A stretch of 63,657 nt of DNA, counting the filler, from Octopus bimaculoides (taxonomy: Eukaryota), in assembly GCF_001194135.2 (NCBI RefSeq). It is 6 parts of 5 records of this genome, joined end to end, with 100 filler letters (N's around TTAATTAATTAA, not from the genome) between each part and the next. Parts side by side here need not be neighbours in the genome. Positions count along the whole stretch, not along the records: positions 13,009 to 32,253 come from NC_068982.1; 5 more parts are not named here. One strand, given 5' to 3'. The notes under the pieces are model-generated. The model did no database searches. It had not been told where the DNA came from and was given only the letters and a program-made list of their open reading frames with translations. Below are positions 14,014 to 27,681 of the stretch, piece by piece. Position 1 is the first letter of the stretch; each line of letters opens with the position of its first letter. The position numbers were made by a program, and so were the translations under genes.

Positions 14014-14265
14014 TTAAGGAGTCCATAACTTATTGTGTAAACAATTGTGTCTGAGGGTAGAAGAGTTAATTTCTATTAAAATTTTACAAATCTATAATTG
14101 AGTGTTGATAATAGATGGACTTTTGATCTGCTTAAATGTTCTAAATATGAATCCTGCTAATGCAAAAATATTTCTTGGGAATGCTATATACCAAATTCCA
14201 GAGAGTTCTGGAAATGTCATATTAGATATTCTGCAACATCTTGGTATATTTAATGGCATAACTAT

Positions 14266-14584
14266 GTTTGTTGTTGTTGTTGTTTGTTCCTTCTCAAGCC
14301 ATGCCTGGCTCATAAGGACCAGTTTCCAATTTCATTGATGTATAGATTCCCTGCCTGGACGGAACACCGGTCCATCACAGGTGAGCTGCTAGATGCAGGA
14401 GGAAAGAATGTGAGAAAGTTGTGGTGAAAGAGTCAGCAGAGGTTCACCATTACCCTCTGCCGGATCCGCGTGGAGCTTAGGTGTTTTGCTCATAAACACA
14501 CACACATTGCCTGGCCTGAGATTCGAACCTGCGATCCCTCAACTGTGAGTCTGCTGCTCTAACCACTTAGCCATATGCCTCCAC
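14266..14584 (-). mobile_element. tRNA-derived SINE (family C variant) with 14-bp TSD
   Basis: Head tgtggaggcatatggctaagtggttagagc..ggttcgaatc; (CAA)n tail; exact TSD AATGGCATAACTAT at 14252-65 and 14585-98. Confidence 0.9.
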
Positions 14585-14827
14585 AATGGCATAACTATAA
14601 GTAATCTAATTCATTGCACTTATATTTCATGTCATAAAACAGATTGCAATGGTTTTACAACTTTCCATAATTCTTATTACAAGCTATTTATGTTTTTAAA
14701 ATAATCATAGAAAAATTGTTCCTGCTCACAAAAAACTGGCTGCCATCAAATAAAAGCACTATATTTGAGAATGAAGTTGTGAAAGAAAGCAGAGAAGGAA
14801 AACAGCTTGTGCTATTCTGAAAGTTAG

Positions 14828-14871
<44 letters not shown>

Positions 14872-16335
14872 ATAATGAGGTATAATTTTTAAAATTTTAT
14901 ATGTTTAAATATATATAGGAAATATTTAAACAAATAAACAATGTATTGAATCGATTTGTTCTTTTGTTACCAAAAGTATTGTACAATATATTCGATGGTG
15001 TATTGCTTTAAATTATAGATATCAATTTAAGAATATAATATGAAAGATAGTTGAATAGAGGTATTTCCTTTTACATCTTTGTGTAATTTTAAAATGCACA
15101 CTTATCACTGATTCTTATGTATCCAAAATGACATTTAAAATTAGAATATTTAGTTAATGTGTCCTAGTTGTTTAAAATGGTGTCAATTAAAGTTCAGATT
15201 TTTGTTACTCAGATTTGGGAAAATGAGTAAAAATTCGTCTGGGTTAAGTGTAATTAGTTGGCAACGAGCTAACCATTAATGATAACTGTAAGGTTACATT
15301 TTGTTGTCAATTCTCTTGTATCATCCTTTGTTTGACTGCATAACAAGTATCAAGGGAATGGATGATAAGTTAGCCCATTTAGAATTTAAAGACAAAACAA
15401 GTGTTTAGTAAAATGAAAACTTTTAAAATATTATTTCCACTTGATAAACAATTTCTACTATTTGGTGAGGAAAATCCTTGTTTGTTTTATAGTAATTAAT
15501 TAAATTTGATTTTGTTGTCACAGACATGAATAAAACTTTCAGATTTTATTATATGTTTTACAAATTATACCCTAAAACAACTTGTACATGAGGGACTCTG
15601 TAGCTTTCTCATAACTTTCCATGACTTATTGTCCATATCTTCTCTTATGCTCCCCCTATTGTACGTTGCAAGTTTGCTTTAACACCCCATCATTACCTAC
15701 CTTTTATTTCTTTCAGACATCTGTATAACAAGGCACTTGAGATTATCCCTTCTATTATATTTTAGCATTTCAACACCTGGTATAAACCCCTGCCCCACCT
15801 TCTCCTCTCAAATATTCCTCCGTCCCTTTTAGTACAGGGAACTTTCTCCATCTCCCTTCTCGCCAGTTCTTTTTCTTTCTTGACAGTTACATGGCAGTCT
15901 CACTAGTGCTGATAGCATGTAAAAAGCACCCAGTACACTCTGTAAAGTGGTTAGCATTAGCAAAGGAATCCAGCTGTAGAAACCATGCCAAAGCTGACCC
16001 TGGAGCTTGACGGGGCTTTGTTGGATCTTATCAAACCATGGAACCCATGCCAGTCTGGAAAGCAGCCATTAAATAATGATGATGATGACGATGGCGGTGG
16101 CGGTGGTGGTGGTGGTGGTGGTAGTCATTCCATAAGATTTCTAAACACAGACATTTACCTTACATTGCTTTCACAATGCTAACTGTTTCAAATTAATGCT
16201 CACTAGGTTACTTGATAATAAAAATATCAATTTTAATTAATGGTGAATGTACATTCTCTGTCTTAAAAGATAAAGGTTACTAACAACAAATATAAAGTAT
16301 TAATGTATAATATGCTTATGTTTTAAATCCACATA

Positions 16336-16703
16336 GGTGCAGGAGTGGCTGTGTGGTAAGAAGCTTGCTTCCTAACCACATGGTTCATGTTTCAGTCCCA
16401 CTGCGTGGCACTTTGGGCAAGTGTCTTCTACTGTAGCCTCAGGCTGACCAAAGCCTTGTGAGGGGATTTGGTAAACAGAAACTGAAAGAAGACCGTCATA
16501 TATATGTGTGTGTGTGTGTGTTTGTGTGTGTCCCCCACCATCACTTAACAACTGATGGTGGTGTGTTTACATCCCTTGTAACTTAGCAATTCATCAAAAG
16601 AGACTGATTGTATAAGTACCAGGCCGATTTGTTTGACTAAGAGCAGTGCCCCAGCATGGCCACAGTCAACTGACTGAAACAAGTGAAAGGAAAAAAAAAA
16701 AGA
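16336..16703 (+). mobile_element. tRNA-derived SINE, family A
   Basis: Head ggtgcaggagtggctgtgtggtaag..gtttcagtcccac, internal (TG)n, tail ..gactgaaacaagt. Many CpG sites have decayed to TpG/CpA. Confidence 0.92.
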
Positions 16704-16744
16704 ATAGTTATTTCATTTCAAATATAAAAAGGGTTTATACTTAC

Positions 16745-16887
16745 TGCAGTTCATTTCATCTGTTCCATCATGGCAGTCTAATATAGTATTACAGATTTTA
16801 CTGCTGTTGAGGCATATATGATCGGAGCATTCGAAGCCATCAGTACAGTTACATGTTTTACAACTCATATCTCCAGACTCACAAGTA
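16745..16887 (-). CDS. Internal exon: end of VWC-like module plus LDL-receptor class A repeat
   Basis: Acceptor ttttcatttaattgaacag|, donor GCA|gtaagt, 143 nt, phase 2 to 1. TG from the previous exon plus T completes a Cys: (C)TCESGDMSCKTCNCTDGFECSDHICLNSSKICNTILDCHDGTDEMNC. It has six LDLa cysteines and the acidic DCxDGxDE motif. Confidence 0.92.
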
Positions 16888-16978
16888 CTGTTCAATTAAA
16901 TGAAAATGATAAAGTGGTAAATAAATAAATGAAAATAAATAAATAGATAATTAAATAAATAAATAATAGATAAATATA

Positions 16979-17362
16979 GGTGCAGGAGTGGCTGTGTGGT
17001 AAGTAGCTTGCTTACCAACCACATGGTTCTGGGTTCAGTCCCATTCTGTGGCACCTTGGGCAAGTATCTTCTACTATAGCCTCGGACTGACCAAAGCCTT
17101 GTGAGTGGATTTGGTAGACAGAAACTGAAAGAAGCCCGTCGTGTGTGTGTGTGTGTGTGTGTTTATCTGTGTTTATCCCTCCACCATCGCTTGACATCCG
17201 ATGTTGATGTGTTCACGTCCCCCGTAACTTAGTGGTTTGGCAATAGAGACCAATAGTATAAGTACTAGGCTTACAAGGAATAAGTCCTGGGGTCAGTTTG
17301 TTTGACTGAAGGCGGTGCTTCAGCATGGCCGCAGTCAAATGACTGAAACAAATTAAAGAACA
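16979..17362 (+). mobile_element. tRNA-derived SINE, family A
   Basis: Full-length copy collinear with 16336-16703, 7098-7495 and 41661-42052. Confidence 0.92.
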
Positions 17363-18299
17363 TAAGAAATAAATAAGCAATAATAAACTATAAATAAATA
17401 AATAATAAATAAATGAAAATATAGAGGTAAATTTTATAGGAATATGATGTTTAAGCAGTGGTGGCTCGTGTATAGGAACTGCGGAACTGCAGCACCCCCT
17501 ATTTCCACTCGATATTATCGATAACATTCAATATAATGAGTTCTTTTTTTTTTAATTCTTTTTATACTTGTACATTATATAATTTTTAAGTTTAATGTTA
17601 GTAGCCATTCCCAAGTTTATGAAAAAAACGCAAAAATCCTTGTATAGAAGTGTGCACTTCACAGTTCCAGCAACACGATGTTTGGCTGTTGTGCACATCC
17701 TCACATGTTGGAGATAGGAAGCTGCATGCTAGGGAGAGAGAGCACTGTGGTTCACGTAGTGCCGACCGTGATGTGCTGGTGAAAGGTACTGTTTCTCTTT
17801 GACTCCATGTGTGTTGTGCTTAAAAACGTGTTTATATTCATGAATGTGATGAAATGTAGAATTAGATTATTATTCTCCTTCTAGCTACAGTGTTGTTGTC
17901 AGGATTTGAAAAATAGGGCAGATTTTCCCCCCCTTATTTTGTGATTTGGGGTGATTTTTGAAAAACAAGAGGGAATTCATGGCAGTGTTCAGTGAACAAA
18001 TTAAACACACAATCCGGCAGTGGCTAAAGCACAAACCAATCAAGTTTATGTTATATGTTTGTTTCCTTTTACAAAATATTAAAACAACGGCTAAAAATTT
18101 TCTGAAGCAACACCCACAACTAATTTTATCTATGAACCACCACTGCTGTCAACAACAACAAAAAAAAAAAGTCAAATACTGTTCTGTTAGCCTTATGAAA
18201 CTATATTATGCGGAAGGTTTTCATACAAAGAACTCAGAGGGGGTGTTGTCTCAAAAGGTTAATGCTAAACAGACAGGCCTGTTGCCTAATGGCAACATC

Positions 18300-21200
18300 C
18301 AAGCTCTTCATATCTCAATGATAACAAAGTAAAATTCACACCAGATTGGTCATCACTTGGGTCAACAAGAGCTGCACATCCAAATGAGGAATCACACTGG
18401 GGGTGAAAGACCAACTACTGGTTCAAATCTTCCTAAAACACCAGGAGCTAGAAGTACCCCACAACCAGAATATTCCAGCAGATGGCCATCCACGCTCATC
18501 ATCTAACAATCAAAAGAAATGGAATGAAAAGCTGCCCAGGGAAGATAATAAACAAGTTCTTAAGGCCTTCTATCATGCCATATATTTCCCCACAAATAAA
18601 TCCAATACTGAACAAGCCTACCTGTAATGGAGAGAGAAGCACCTTGAAGCAAGTTCCTACATAGATAGTAACAAGCTTGCCAATGTCAGAAGAAACATTA
18701 TCAAAAAGAAATTACTTACTGAATTAGAGATTCACCAGATAAAACAATCAGTAAAGGATAAAAAGAACGAAGCTGCAGCTAAAAAAGATACTATTGAAGA
18801 AATAATTACAGAGCAACCCAGGTCTGATGAAAATGCAGTAATGACAGAATGCAGTAATGACAGAATGCAGTAACGACAGAATGCAGTAACGACAGAATGC
18901 AGTAACGACAGAATGCAGTAACGACAATGCAGTAACGACAGAATGCAGTAACGACAGAATGCTGTAACGACAGAATGCAGTAACGACAGAATGCAGTAAC
19001 GTCAGAATGCAGTAACGACAGAATGCAGTAACGACAGAATGCAGTAATGACAGAATGCAGTAACGTCAGAATGCAGTAACGACAGAATGCAGTAATGACA
19101 GAATGCAGTAATGACAGAATGCAGTAATGTCAGAATGCAGTAATGACAGAATGCAGTAATGTAACTGATAAGCAAAGTGAAATACTTTCTGAACCAGCCA
19201 TAAATATCAAGGAAGATGAAAATCAAATAGATGAAAGTCACACAGAAATCGCCCCAACTGAACTAGAAGATCTAAAAAATAAAATCATGGCTGAAAATTA
19301 AAGCAACCAGTATGAATGAACATGACACTCTCCCAAAAATTTGCAACTCTAACCAAAACCTGAAAGCAATTGGTAAAGTCTGCCTTGCAATTAAAGCTAT
19401 AATTTCAGCTAATAATGTTTATATCTCAGTCACCTGTACTATGCATCTGCTAAAATCTGAACAATTAATGTTGTGAAAAGATTAGTAAATAACAACATTC
19501 CCACAAAAAGCCTATCTGACAAGAGCATATCCAACAACAAATTCAGTTACTTAATTCTGACATAGAATGTTTAAAAAACTCTAAGTTTGACAAGAATATC
19601 AAACTGACAAAAATCCGAAAATTAAAGAAAAAGTATAATATAAAATCCATACTTGACATCAATACCACCATAAAAACTATCAAGCAAAAGGTATCAACTA
19701 AAGCCACCTGCATAGCACTGTATGAAAAGCATGCTAGGTTCTCCAAGGACAATAACATGTTTAAAAATAACCCAAACAGTTTTTACAGGAAGATCAATAA
19801 AATATCAGTAAGCCTGTCCCATCAAAAGAAGTGCAGGAATTTTAGGAGAAAATTTGGGCAGAAGAAAAACAGCACAATAAAAAGGCCCTTTGGATTGATA
19901 GAATATCTATTGACTCAGCGTCCCTAGAAGAGCAAAATTGGGAGGGTATCAAGGTAGAGGATGTATGATCTGCTCTCAAGATATCAAGCAAATGGAAGTC
20001 TCCAGGAAAGGATAAAATTCCTAACGTCTGGTTGAGCGCTTTCCCAGAGAGTCATGAACTGCTGACAGGACTTTACAACAATGATTTGCAGCAACCTAAT
20101 ATGATTCCCTCTTGGTTAGTTAATGGTATTATATTTCTACTTCAAAAAAATGAAGAAACAAATGAATCAAAAAATTCTAGACCCACAACCTGCATAACAA
20201 CAATATATAAAATACTAACATCTTTCTTGCCTGAATACATGTATAACTTTTAAATAAAAAGTGACATTTTCCGTAATGAAGGAAAAGGGTGTAAATGTGG
20301 GTCCTATGGTTGTAAAGATCAGCTACTCATCAATAAAATGATCTTGGAAGATTGTCACAAACAACACAAGAACTTGTCCATAGACTGGATAGACTATAAA
20401 AATGCTTTTGATAGTCTACCACATAGCTGGATTATGATATGTCTGGAAGTTTATAAAATAGCACTTGCTCTGCGAAACTTCTTACCTGTAAGTATGAGAT
20501 CATGGAGAACCACACTGACTTTGAACAGTGACAATGAATCTCTCAATGCTGGAGATGTAAGAATTTTATGTGGCATTTTCCAAGGTGACTTTCTACCACC
20601 ACTCGTCTTTTGTCTAATTTTAATTCCTCTCTCAAAATTGTTCAATGATGTACAATATGGCAAGAACATTTTTGATAAAAATATAAACCATCTCGGTTTT
20701 ATGGATAATTTAAAGCTCTTTACAAAAAATGACCAGTAACTACAGGGCTTACTAGCAATTGTTAAACAGTTCAGTAATGACATCAGGATGGAATTTGGCT
20801 TTGATAAATGTGCAAAAGCTACCTTTATCAGAGAAAAAATGATAGAAATATCCAACGTTAATTTTGACCAACAGAATGCTATAAAGGAGTTAGAACTAGC
20901 AGAGAGCTACAAATACCGAGGGGTATTTGAAGGTGATAGAATCAAACATTCAATGATGAGGGAAAAGATCAGAAAAGAATGTTATTGCAGGGTAAGGGCA
21001 ATACTCAAAACAGAGCTGAATGCAAGAAACAGGATCAAAGTAATCAATATTTTAGCCATACTGATCATGACTTACAGTTTCAATATTATTAACCAGTCAA
21101 TTACTGAAATATGTAATCGAGACAGAATAATATAAAAATTGCTGACAATAGATAGAACGCACCACCCTAAGGCAGATATAGAACAACTTTACCGGCCAAG

Positions 21201-22461
21201 AAAAGAGAATGGCTGTGGACTTTTACAACTGAAATTTACCTTGAAAATTGTCACAACTGGCCTAAACACTTACCTGAAAATCTCATATTCAGTTACAAAA
21301 CAGGCAAAAAAATATCTAAGTGAATTCCCGGTGCAACAAATCCTAAAATTAGATGTACTGGAAACAAGCACAGAAAACGCTAAGCGTATGAAAACCATTG
21401 CTAAAACTGCTGCTTTCGATATTCTTACTGATAAACGGCAAGAAAAACCTCACAATGGCAAATACCCAAAGAGAGCTAATAATGCTGATGTTGGCAAAGC
21501 TCTAACCCATCAACGGTTAGTGTTCTGGTTTAAAATCAGAGACAGAAGAGTTTAGCAGTCCAAGATCAATGCCTACCTACAAGGAGCTATCAGGCTAACA
21601 TCTTAAAGAATGGCAGTAGCCCAACATGTCATGTATGTAAACAACAAAATGAAACCATTGATCATGTTGTCTCCATGTGCAACCTTCTTGCATCTGCAGA
21701 GTATCTCCAAAGGCATGATAGAACAGCACAATATTTTCACTGGGTAATTTGCAAAGACTTGGAACTATGATAAAAACTGGTGGGAACACAAACCACCTCC
21801 AGTGCTTGAAAATAACCACATCTCACTCCTTTGGAACTTTACTGTTCAAACTGACAGAAAGATGCAAATAGGCCAGACATTATATTGAAGGATTTCAGAC
21901 AAAAAGTCATTGATATGACTCCCAATTGCTAAAACGTATCTGTCAAGACCTACCAAAAACTGAGCGAGTATAAAAATTTTGAAATAGAAATTGGCAAAAT
22001 GTGGAACTTCAAGAGTAAAACAATACCTATTGTCATAGGTGCCCTAGGATTGATAGCAAAAGAGGCTCATTACTAACTGTCCCAGATACCAGGAAATCCA
22101 AAAGAAGAAATTTAAAAAATGGTGCTCATGGGAACTGCTCATATCCTAAGAAAAATATTGGCTATGTAATCCCCAAAATATTTTAATCTGAAAATAGCAT
22201 CAAATTACTTTCAAATGAACATAACAGGAAACAACTTTTACTCTCATCTTAAGATCACACTATCATCTTATAATCAAATTACTTTTAGAACAAACTTCTA
22301 ATTTTCTAATGTTTTCACAGACATTCTCTAGAACAATACTTTGTTCAAAACCAAATACATGACACCTAGGCATAACACCAACTCAAACTTCTAACTTGTC
22401 TCTTGAGGTCTCTAGCTAAGACTTGGAGTCAACTTGTACAAATACAAAGCAAAAGCCAAAC
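18300..22461 (+). mobile_element. Degenerate near full-length R4/Dong-clade non-LTR retrotransposon (RT plus restriction-like endonuclease)
   Basis: Frameshifted ORF with RT motifs RPTTC, GCKDQLLINK, IDYKNAFDSLPHSW, GIFQGDFLPPL, FMDNLKLF and MEFGFDKCA. Zinc knuckle CHVCKQQNETIDHVVSMC..RHD, a PD-type endonuclease region, and C-terminal IPIVIGALG..MGTAHILRKIL*. The 3' UTR ends in (AAT)n. The 5' boundary is approximate. Confidence 0.9.
18832..19161. repeat. 16-bp minisatellite (GAATGCAGTAAYGACA), about 20.6 copies, inside the R4 ORF
   Basis: Directly visible tandem array with C/T and A/T variants and one unit carrying a 2-bp deletion. Confidence 0.97.
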
Positions 22462-22475
22462 AAATAATAATAATA

Positions 22476-22520
<45 letters not shown>

Positions 22521-22539
22521 GTAATAATAAAAATAAAAA

Positions 22540-23060
22540 AATAAAAAAAAAATGTCCTCATGCAGTACCAGGTAATGGCTCTCCTGGCTCTTGATCTAAC
22601 TGATTGGAAGTGTTATCATGCACATTGTTTTGTCTTGGTATAAAAGATGGGCTACAGCAAATATTCTGCTCAATACCACAGATTTGCCTGTCACTTGTTT
22701 GACCTTAACCAGTTGAGCATGTCCCTTAGTGGCTGACGATATGTGCATCTCTGATCATGAGCAGAAGTAGTGGGTGGAGAAGAATTTTTGGAAGTTTCAA
22801 TAATTCACTTCTGGATACACCAGTGTTTTGTTCAAAATCCTTAGACGACCCTTATTTAGAGAGCTTTTGAGTAGGACAGGCTACTCAACCTGAAGAAAAC
22901 TCTAACTGGGCCCACTGGCAAGGTCATGCACTGTTTATCTTGATATGAGATCACTATGTCGCACACGTATGGTTGTGATGCATGTGTCTGGTGTACCCTT
23001 ATCAGATGGGTAGTTGTGATGGGATTACTAGATTTCGTATATTTTACCCCAGTATCATTT
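22540..23060. mobile_element. Unclassified repeat(s) following the R4 tail
   Basis: Non-coding sequence wedged between the R4 (AAT)n tail and a SINE B; family not assignable from this window alone. Confidence 0.35.
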
Positions 23061-23094
23061 TGATGACATGCACTGCTCTCTCAATAATAATAAT

Positions 23095-23312
23095 AATAAT
23101 CCTTTCTACTATAGGTATAAGGCCTGAAATTTTGGGGGATGGGATAGTCAATTACATTGACCCCAGTGTTCAACTGGTACTTAACTTATTGACCCTGAAA
23201 GGGTGAAAGGCAAAGTCAGCCTTGGTAGAATTTGAACTTAGAACATAAAGACAGATGAAATGCTGCTAAGCATTTTTCCCAGTGCTAACAATTCTACTAG
23301 CTTACTGTCTTA
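23095..23312 (-). mobile_element. SINE family B (heavily CpG-decayed)
   Basis: gaaaggcaaagtcagccttggtagaatttgaacttagaac versus the CpG-intact gaaaggcaaagtcgacctcggcggaatttgaactcagaac at 53537. Confidence 0.85.
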
Positions 23313-23334
23313 ATAGTAATGATAATAATAATAG

Positions 23335-23950
23335 TGAAAGGGTATGGCACATCACTAGCAAATGCCCGAAATTGGCACAACATGAATACAAAAGATGCTA
23401 TGACAATATGGCAAGAATGATCCATTGGGAGCTCTGTGGAAATCACTGTCTACAAAGAGAAAACTCCAGAAGGAGTCACCGAAAATGAGAATTGCAAAAT
23501 TCTATGGGATGCAATGATCCAGTGCAATCACCCAACCAGACATCAGAAACTGGACATTGTTGTGGCGAATAAAAAAGAAAGAACATGTATGATAATAATC
23601 AACATAGCATGCCCCATTGACAACAGGATCAATGTGAAAGAAAAATAAAAAATAAACTATGATGATTCGAAGTGGGAAATACGAAAGTTGTGGTCAATGA
23701 GGAGAGTAGACATGATACGAATAGTAATTGGTGCAGTTGGAAATATCATCACTCAACTACCAACATGGCTGAAAAAGATTGATGCAAGTGTGAAGGTAGA
23801 ACGCCTACAAAAGTCAGCATTGCTTGGAACTGCAAGAATTCTTCCCAGGGTTTTTGAAGCATGACCAGTAAACAAGTGTCACCTTAGTCTGCTGGCTGTG
23901 GACAGCTGACACTTTCCATCATATCCAGCAAAAAAGCTGTGAGTTTTTAA
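23335..23950 (+). mobile_element. 5'-truncated R4-clade fragment (zinc knuckle end, endonuclease, 3' UTR)
   Basis: HITSKCPKLAQHEYKR..DNMARMIHWELC; ILWDAMIQC..KLDIVV; IVIGAVG..QKSALLGTARIL. (AAT)-rich tracts on both sides. Confidence 0.85.
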
Positions 23951-23994
23951 TCACATAATAATAGTAATGATAATGATGATGATGATAATAATAG

Positions 23995-24430
23995 GCAAGA
24001 AAAAACCCCTTTATTGCAAATATTGTGTTAAACTAAACAGAAAAGAAATAGACAAAGCAAAATCCCAACAATGACTGAGAAGCTGAGGACTCAAAACAGA
24101 GACAGAAGGATTTTTAATTGCAGCACAAGTTCAAAGCCTCCCCACCAGAAATCATTAAAAACATGTGATAAAAAGAAATACAAGTAACTGCAGAATATGC
24201 GGTGATGGAGAAGAAGCAGTAACGACAGAGTTGGAACCTATATACACTGGAAGCTATGCCAATACTATGGAATAACAACAGAAAAAAGATGGTATAGGCA
24301 CACACTAGAAAAGGTCACAGAAAATGAGAAAGCAGCCATACTCTGGGATATGACAGATAGAGAAATTAAGGCTAATAGTCCAGATATAGTTGTCAGAGAT
24401 CATCAAGAAAAAAATGCTTTGTAATGGATG
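23995..24430 (+). mobile_element. Internally deleted R4-clade fragment
   Basis: Residual motifs in several frames: LRTQNRDRR..IAAQVQSL, CRICGDGEE, ILWD..DREIKANSPDIVV. Confidence 0.7.
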
Positions 24431-24539
24431 TAGCACAAATATTAGGTTGGTAAATGGGAAGCAGTAATTGAAGTAGATGGTGAATATGCTCCGGAATAAT
24501 CATTTAAAGATGTTTTTGTTATTGTTATTGTGAGAGTGA

Positions 24540-25790
24540 CCGTTGCCACTCACTCTCACATGCACACAAGACATGCACATCTATACTCACACATATGCAG
24601 ACACACTCACACACAAATGTCAGAAGCATGCGTACACACACACACACCAGATGTAAACACACACTCACTCACATACGCATACACATACTCACACACACTC
24701 ACTCACATACATGCACTCACATGCACACACACTCACACACACACAAGACACGTACACACAAATGTCAGAAGGCTGCGTGTGCATACACACACGCACACAA
24801 ATGCACACACACGCACACGAATGCACACACACATCAGATGTAAACATGTATACATATTTATCCAGATAAACACACATACATTCATACATACAGATATAAA
24901 TACAGAAATACATACTCAAGCATCCATATGTACATACACACCCATGCATGCATTCCAAGCATATACACGCACACACGTGCATACAGCAGATATTAATGCA
25001 CAAGGTGGTGAGCTGGCAGAATCGTTAGCATGCCGGGTGAAATGCTTAGCGGTATTTCGTCTGCCGCTATGTTCTGAGTTCAAATTCTGCCGAGGTCAAC
25101 TTTGCCATTCATGCCTTCAGGGTTGATAAATAAAATACCAGTTGCGTACTGGAGTCAATCTAATCGACTGGCCCCCTCCCCCAAAATTTCAGGCCTTGTG
25201 CTTAGAGTAGAAAAAATTAATGCTCATCTATTCATTCATACACGGCTGATATACACAGCTGACATATATACTCACATATGTGCACATGTAGGTATTCACA
25301 CATGGCTGATACACACCTGCACACGGATGTACATACACCCTAGCAAACATAACCAGCAAGATAATGCCATCAGCTCTCACTCACATGCCAGCTTACATGC
25401 ACGCATGCATACACACATGCATGCACATACACTTACACACATACACTCACACACATACACTCACACACATACACTCACACACATACACTCACTCTCTCTA
25501 CTCACATGCATACACACTCCCTCACACACACCCACACTCTCACACACACACTCTCTCACACACACACTCTCTCACGCATGCACTCTCACACAAACACGCT
25601 CTCCCACACACACACACACATGCACTCACTCACACACACTCTCTCATACACTTTCACACACTCTCTCACACAAACATACTCACTCACTCACTCACTCATA
25701 CACTCTCACACACTCTCTCTCTGTCACACACACACACACACAAAACATGCACACCCATGTGCTGAAAGAGCTCACACACACATCCTTGCA
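24540..25790. repeat. Degenerate CA-rich low-complexity field
   Basis: (CA)n/(CACT)n variants; source of the spurious His/Thr ORFs. Confidence 0.9.
25004..25215 (+). mobile_element. SINE family B
   Basis: ggtggtgagctggcagaatcgttagc..ctgagttcaaattc..gataaataaaataccagttg; the family recurs more than ten times in the window. Confidence 0.88.
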
Positions 25791-26865
25791 AGCCATGGAT
25801 CCATTGTTGCTCAGGTCTCTTTGAAGACCAGCCAGACCGCAAGGCATCTCCAGCTTTCTGTCCAGCCATGCAGTCCAAGAACTTCAAATTCTCTTTTTTA
25901 ATGGATTTGATGTTGCTGGAATTTCAGGTCCACTGCTCATAACACCATGTGACCTGTTTTGAGCAACAGCAGCCCAATTCCCAGTAGCCATCTTGGACTT
26001 CTTGCACCTTTCCATTCAGCTGCCTGTGCCTGATGAGCTAGGATTTTATAAGGAGCCTACAAAACCTTAAGTTGCATGGGAGTTGAGTCAAACGGTTTTA
26101 AATAATAATTGAGGTATCTATATATATTCATAATGTAAAATATTTACAAACACAATCTTATGAGTGTACATAAAAAGAGGCAAGGTTTTCTACATGTCAT
26201 ATGGAGTTGCTGAGCAGCTACATTATTGATTCCACCAAAGAAGCTTTGTCCCCTCATTCTGTCATTCTTTTATAAACAACTTCAGGTAAATTTATCATAT
26301 GTAAACTTACATACAATTAATTTTGTCATCATTTCATTACTAGCCGACAGGATACCCCATTAGTGTTTAATGCAATCATCTATTATTCAGAAATTTGATG
26401 TCGATGACTAGAACGAATCCTAAAAAGAGATGTATGTATAAAATATGTACATGTGTCGTGTGAGTGTGTGCATGTGTGTATGCATGTGCGTATGCATCCT
26501 TAGGATTTGTTCTGGTCATAAACACTGTATTATGACATTATCTGCTAGATAAACAGACAATTTCATATTTAATACACATTTACTGTTATTTAAATCTCTG
26601 TATTTTTATTTAAAACACAAGATCAGAAATTTGACAGGAGGAAGAACTAGTGAATAGTACCAACCCCGATATATGACTGTCAAATATCTTACTGACACTA
26701 AAAGATTGAAAGACAAAGGTGATATCAACAAATTTGAATTTAGAATATAAAGAGTCACGACTACAAAGTGCAAGGCACTTTCTTCAGCATTCTGGCATTA
26801 CAAATCTGACAAACTCCTGTCAGGAATATAAATTTAAGAGAAAGTAAATAAATGCAAAAACTCAC

Positions 26866-26962
26866 CAGTTATAACACTCGTTAAAACTAACAATAGCTCC
26901 AGATGGATATATTTTCCCTTCATGCAAACAAGGACACTCTTCCGGTTTAATACAGTCTTCTC
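26866..26962 (-). CDS. Internal exon: end of TIL domain plus start of VWC/TILa-like module
   Basis: Acceptor ttattttaatttttatag|, donor TG|gtgagt, 97 nt, phase 1 to 2. Translation (G)EDCIKPEECPCLHEGKIYPSGAIVSFNECYN(C) fits the CxxPxxCPCxHxGxxYxxG pattern that follows TIL domains in VWF, mucins and SCO-spondin. Confidence 0.88.
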
Positions 26963-27246
26963 CTATAAAAATTAAAATAAATAATACTCTGATGGTAATT
27001 CATCCTGATCTTTTAGCAGTTTATGTTCTGGGTAATATTAAAGAAATATTTTTCATTTCCTTATAAACTGAGCAAATTTAGAAACAATGTAATGTTGTAC
27101 ATGAAATCATCACTTCAAGAAGTAACAAGAGTGTCAAACTTATGAATACAACTCTTCATTCACAAGACTACTGAGAGATTAATGGATTTCATATTTTTAT
27201 ATTTTTTTATTTTTATACTACTTTTAAATTGCTATATGCCCTTATT

Positions 27247-27316
<70 letters not shown>

Positions 27317-27681
27317 TATGTATTTATTTATGTGTATATTTATATCTCTATATATAGTATTAGTACTGAAAAGCAATCTGTATATCCTACTTATTGTGGG
27401 TATACTGTAAAAATTCCACAATACTGCAGTATTCGTTTTGATAAAGCATCTCGTTTAGACATACAATGCTCAGAAGCACACAACTAACAATAGCAGATGA
27501 AAAATGTCCAGCACTGGCAGTAGAACTGCTAGATCACATGAATTCAACTTACCTTTGCTACTGATACTTGTGTGCTTTTTAATAATATATATCTATATAA
27601 CATGCTTTCTCAATATGGATACTGCAGTATTATGACATTCTTATAGTACATTTCACCTTAAGTAGAATATTAATAATTTCT

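Noticed and set aside
18832-19161. Tandem array as a CRISPR-like locus
   Set aside because: The units are contiguous with no unique spacers, there are no cas genes, and the context is eukaryotic.
24530-25901. His/Thr-rich long ORFs
   Set aside because: These are translations of degenerate CA repeats with no domain features.
27552-27600. Consensus donor AAAG|GTAAGT on the minus strand between exons 1 and 2
   Set aside because: No convincing acceptor or Cys-rich reading frame upstream.
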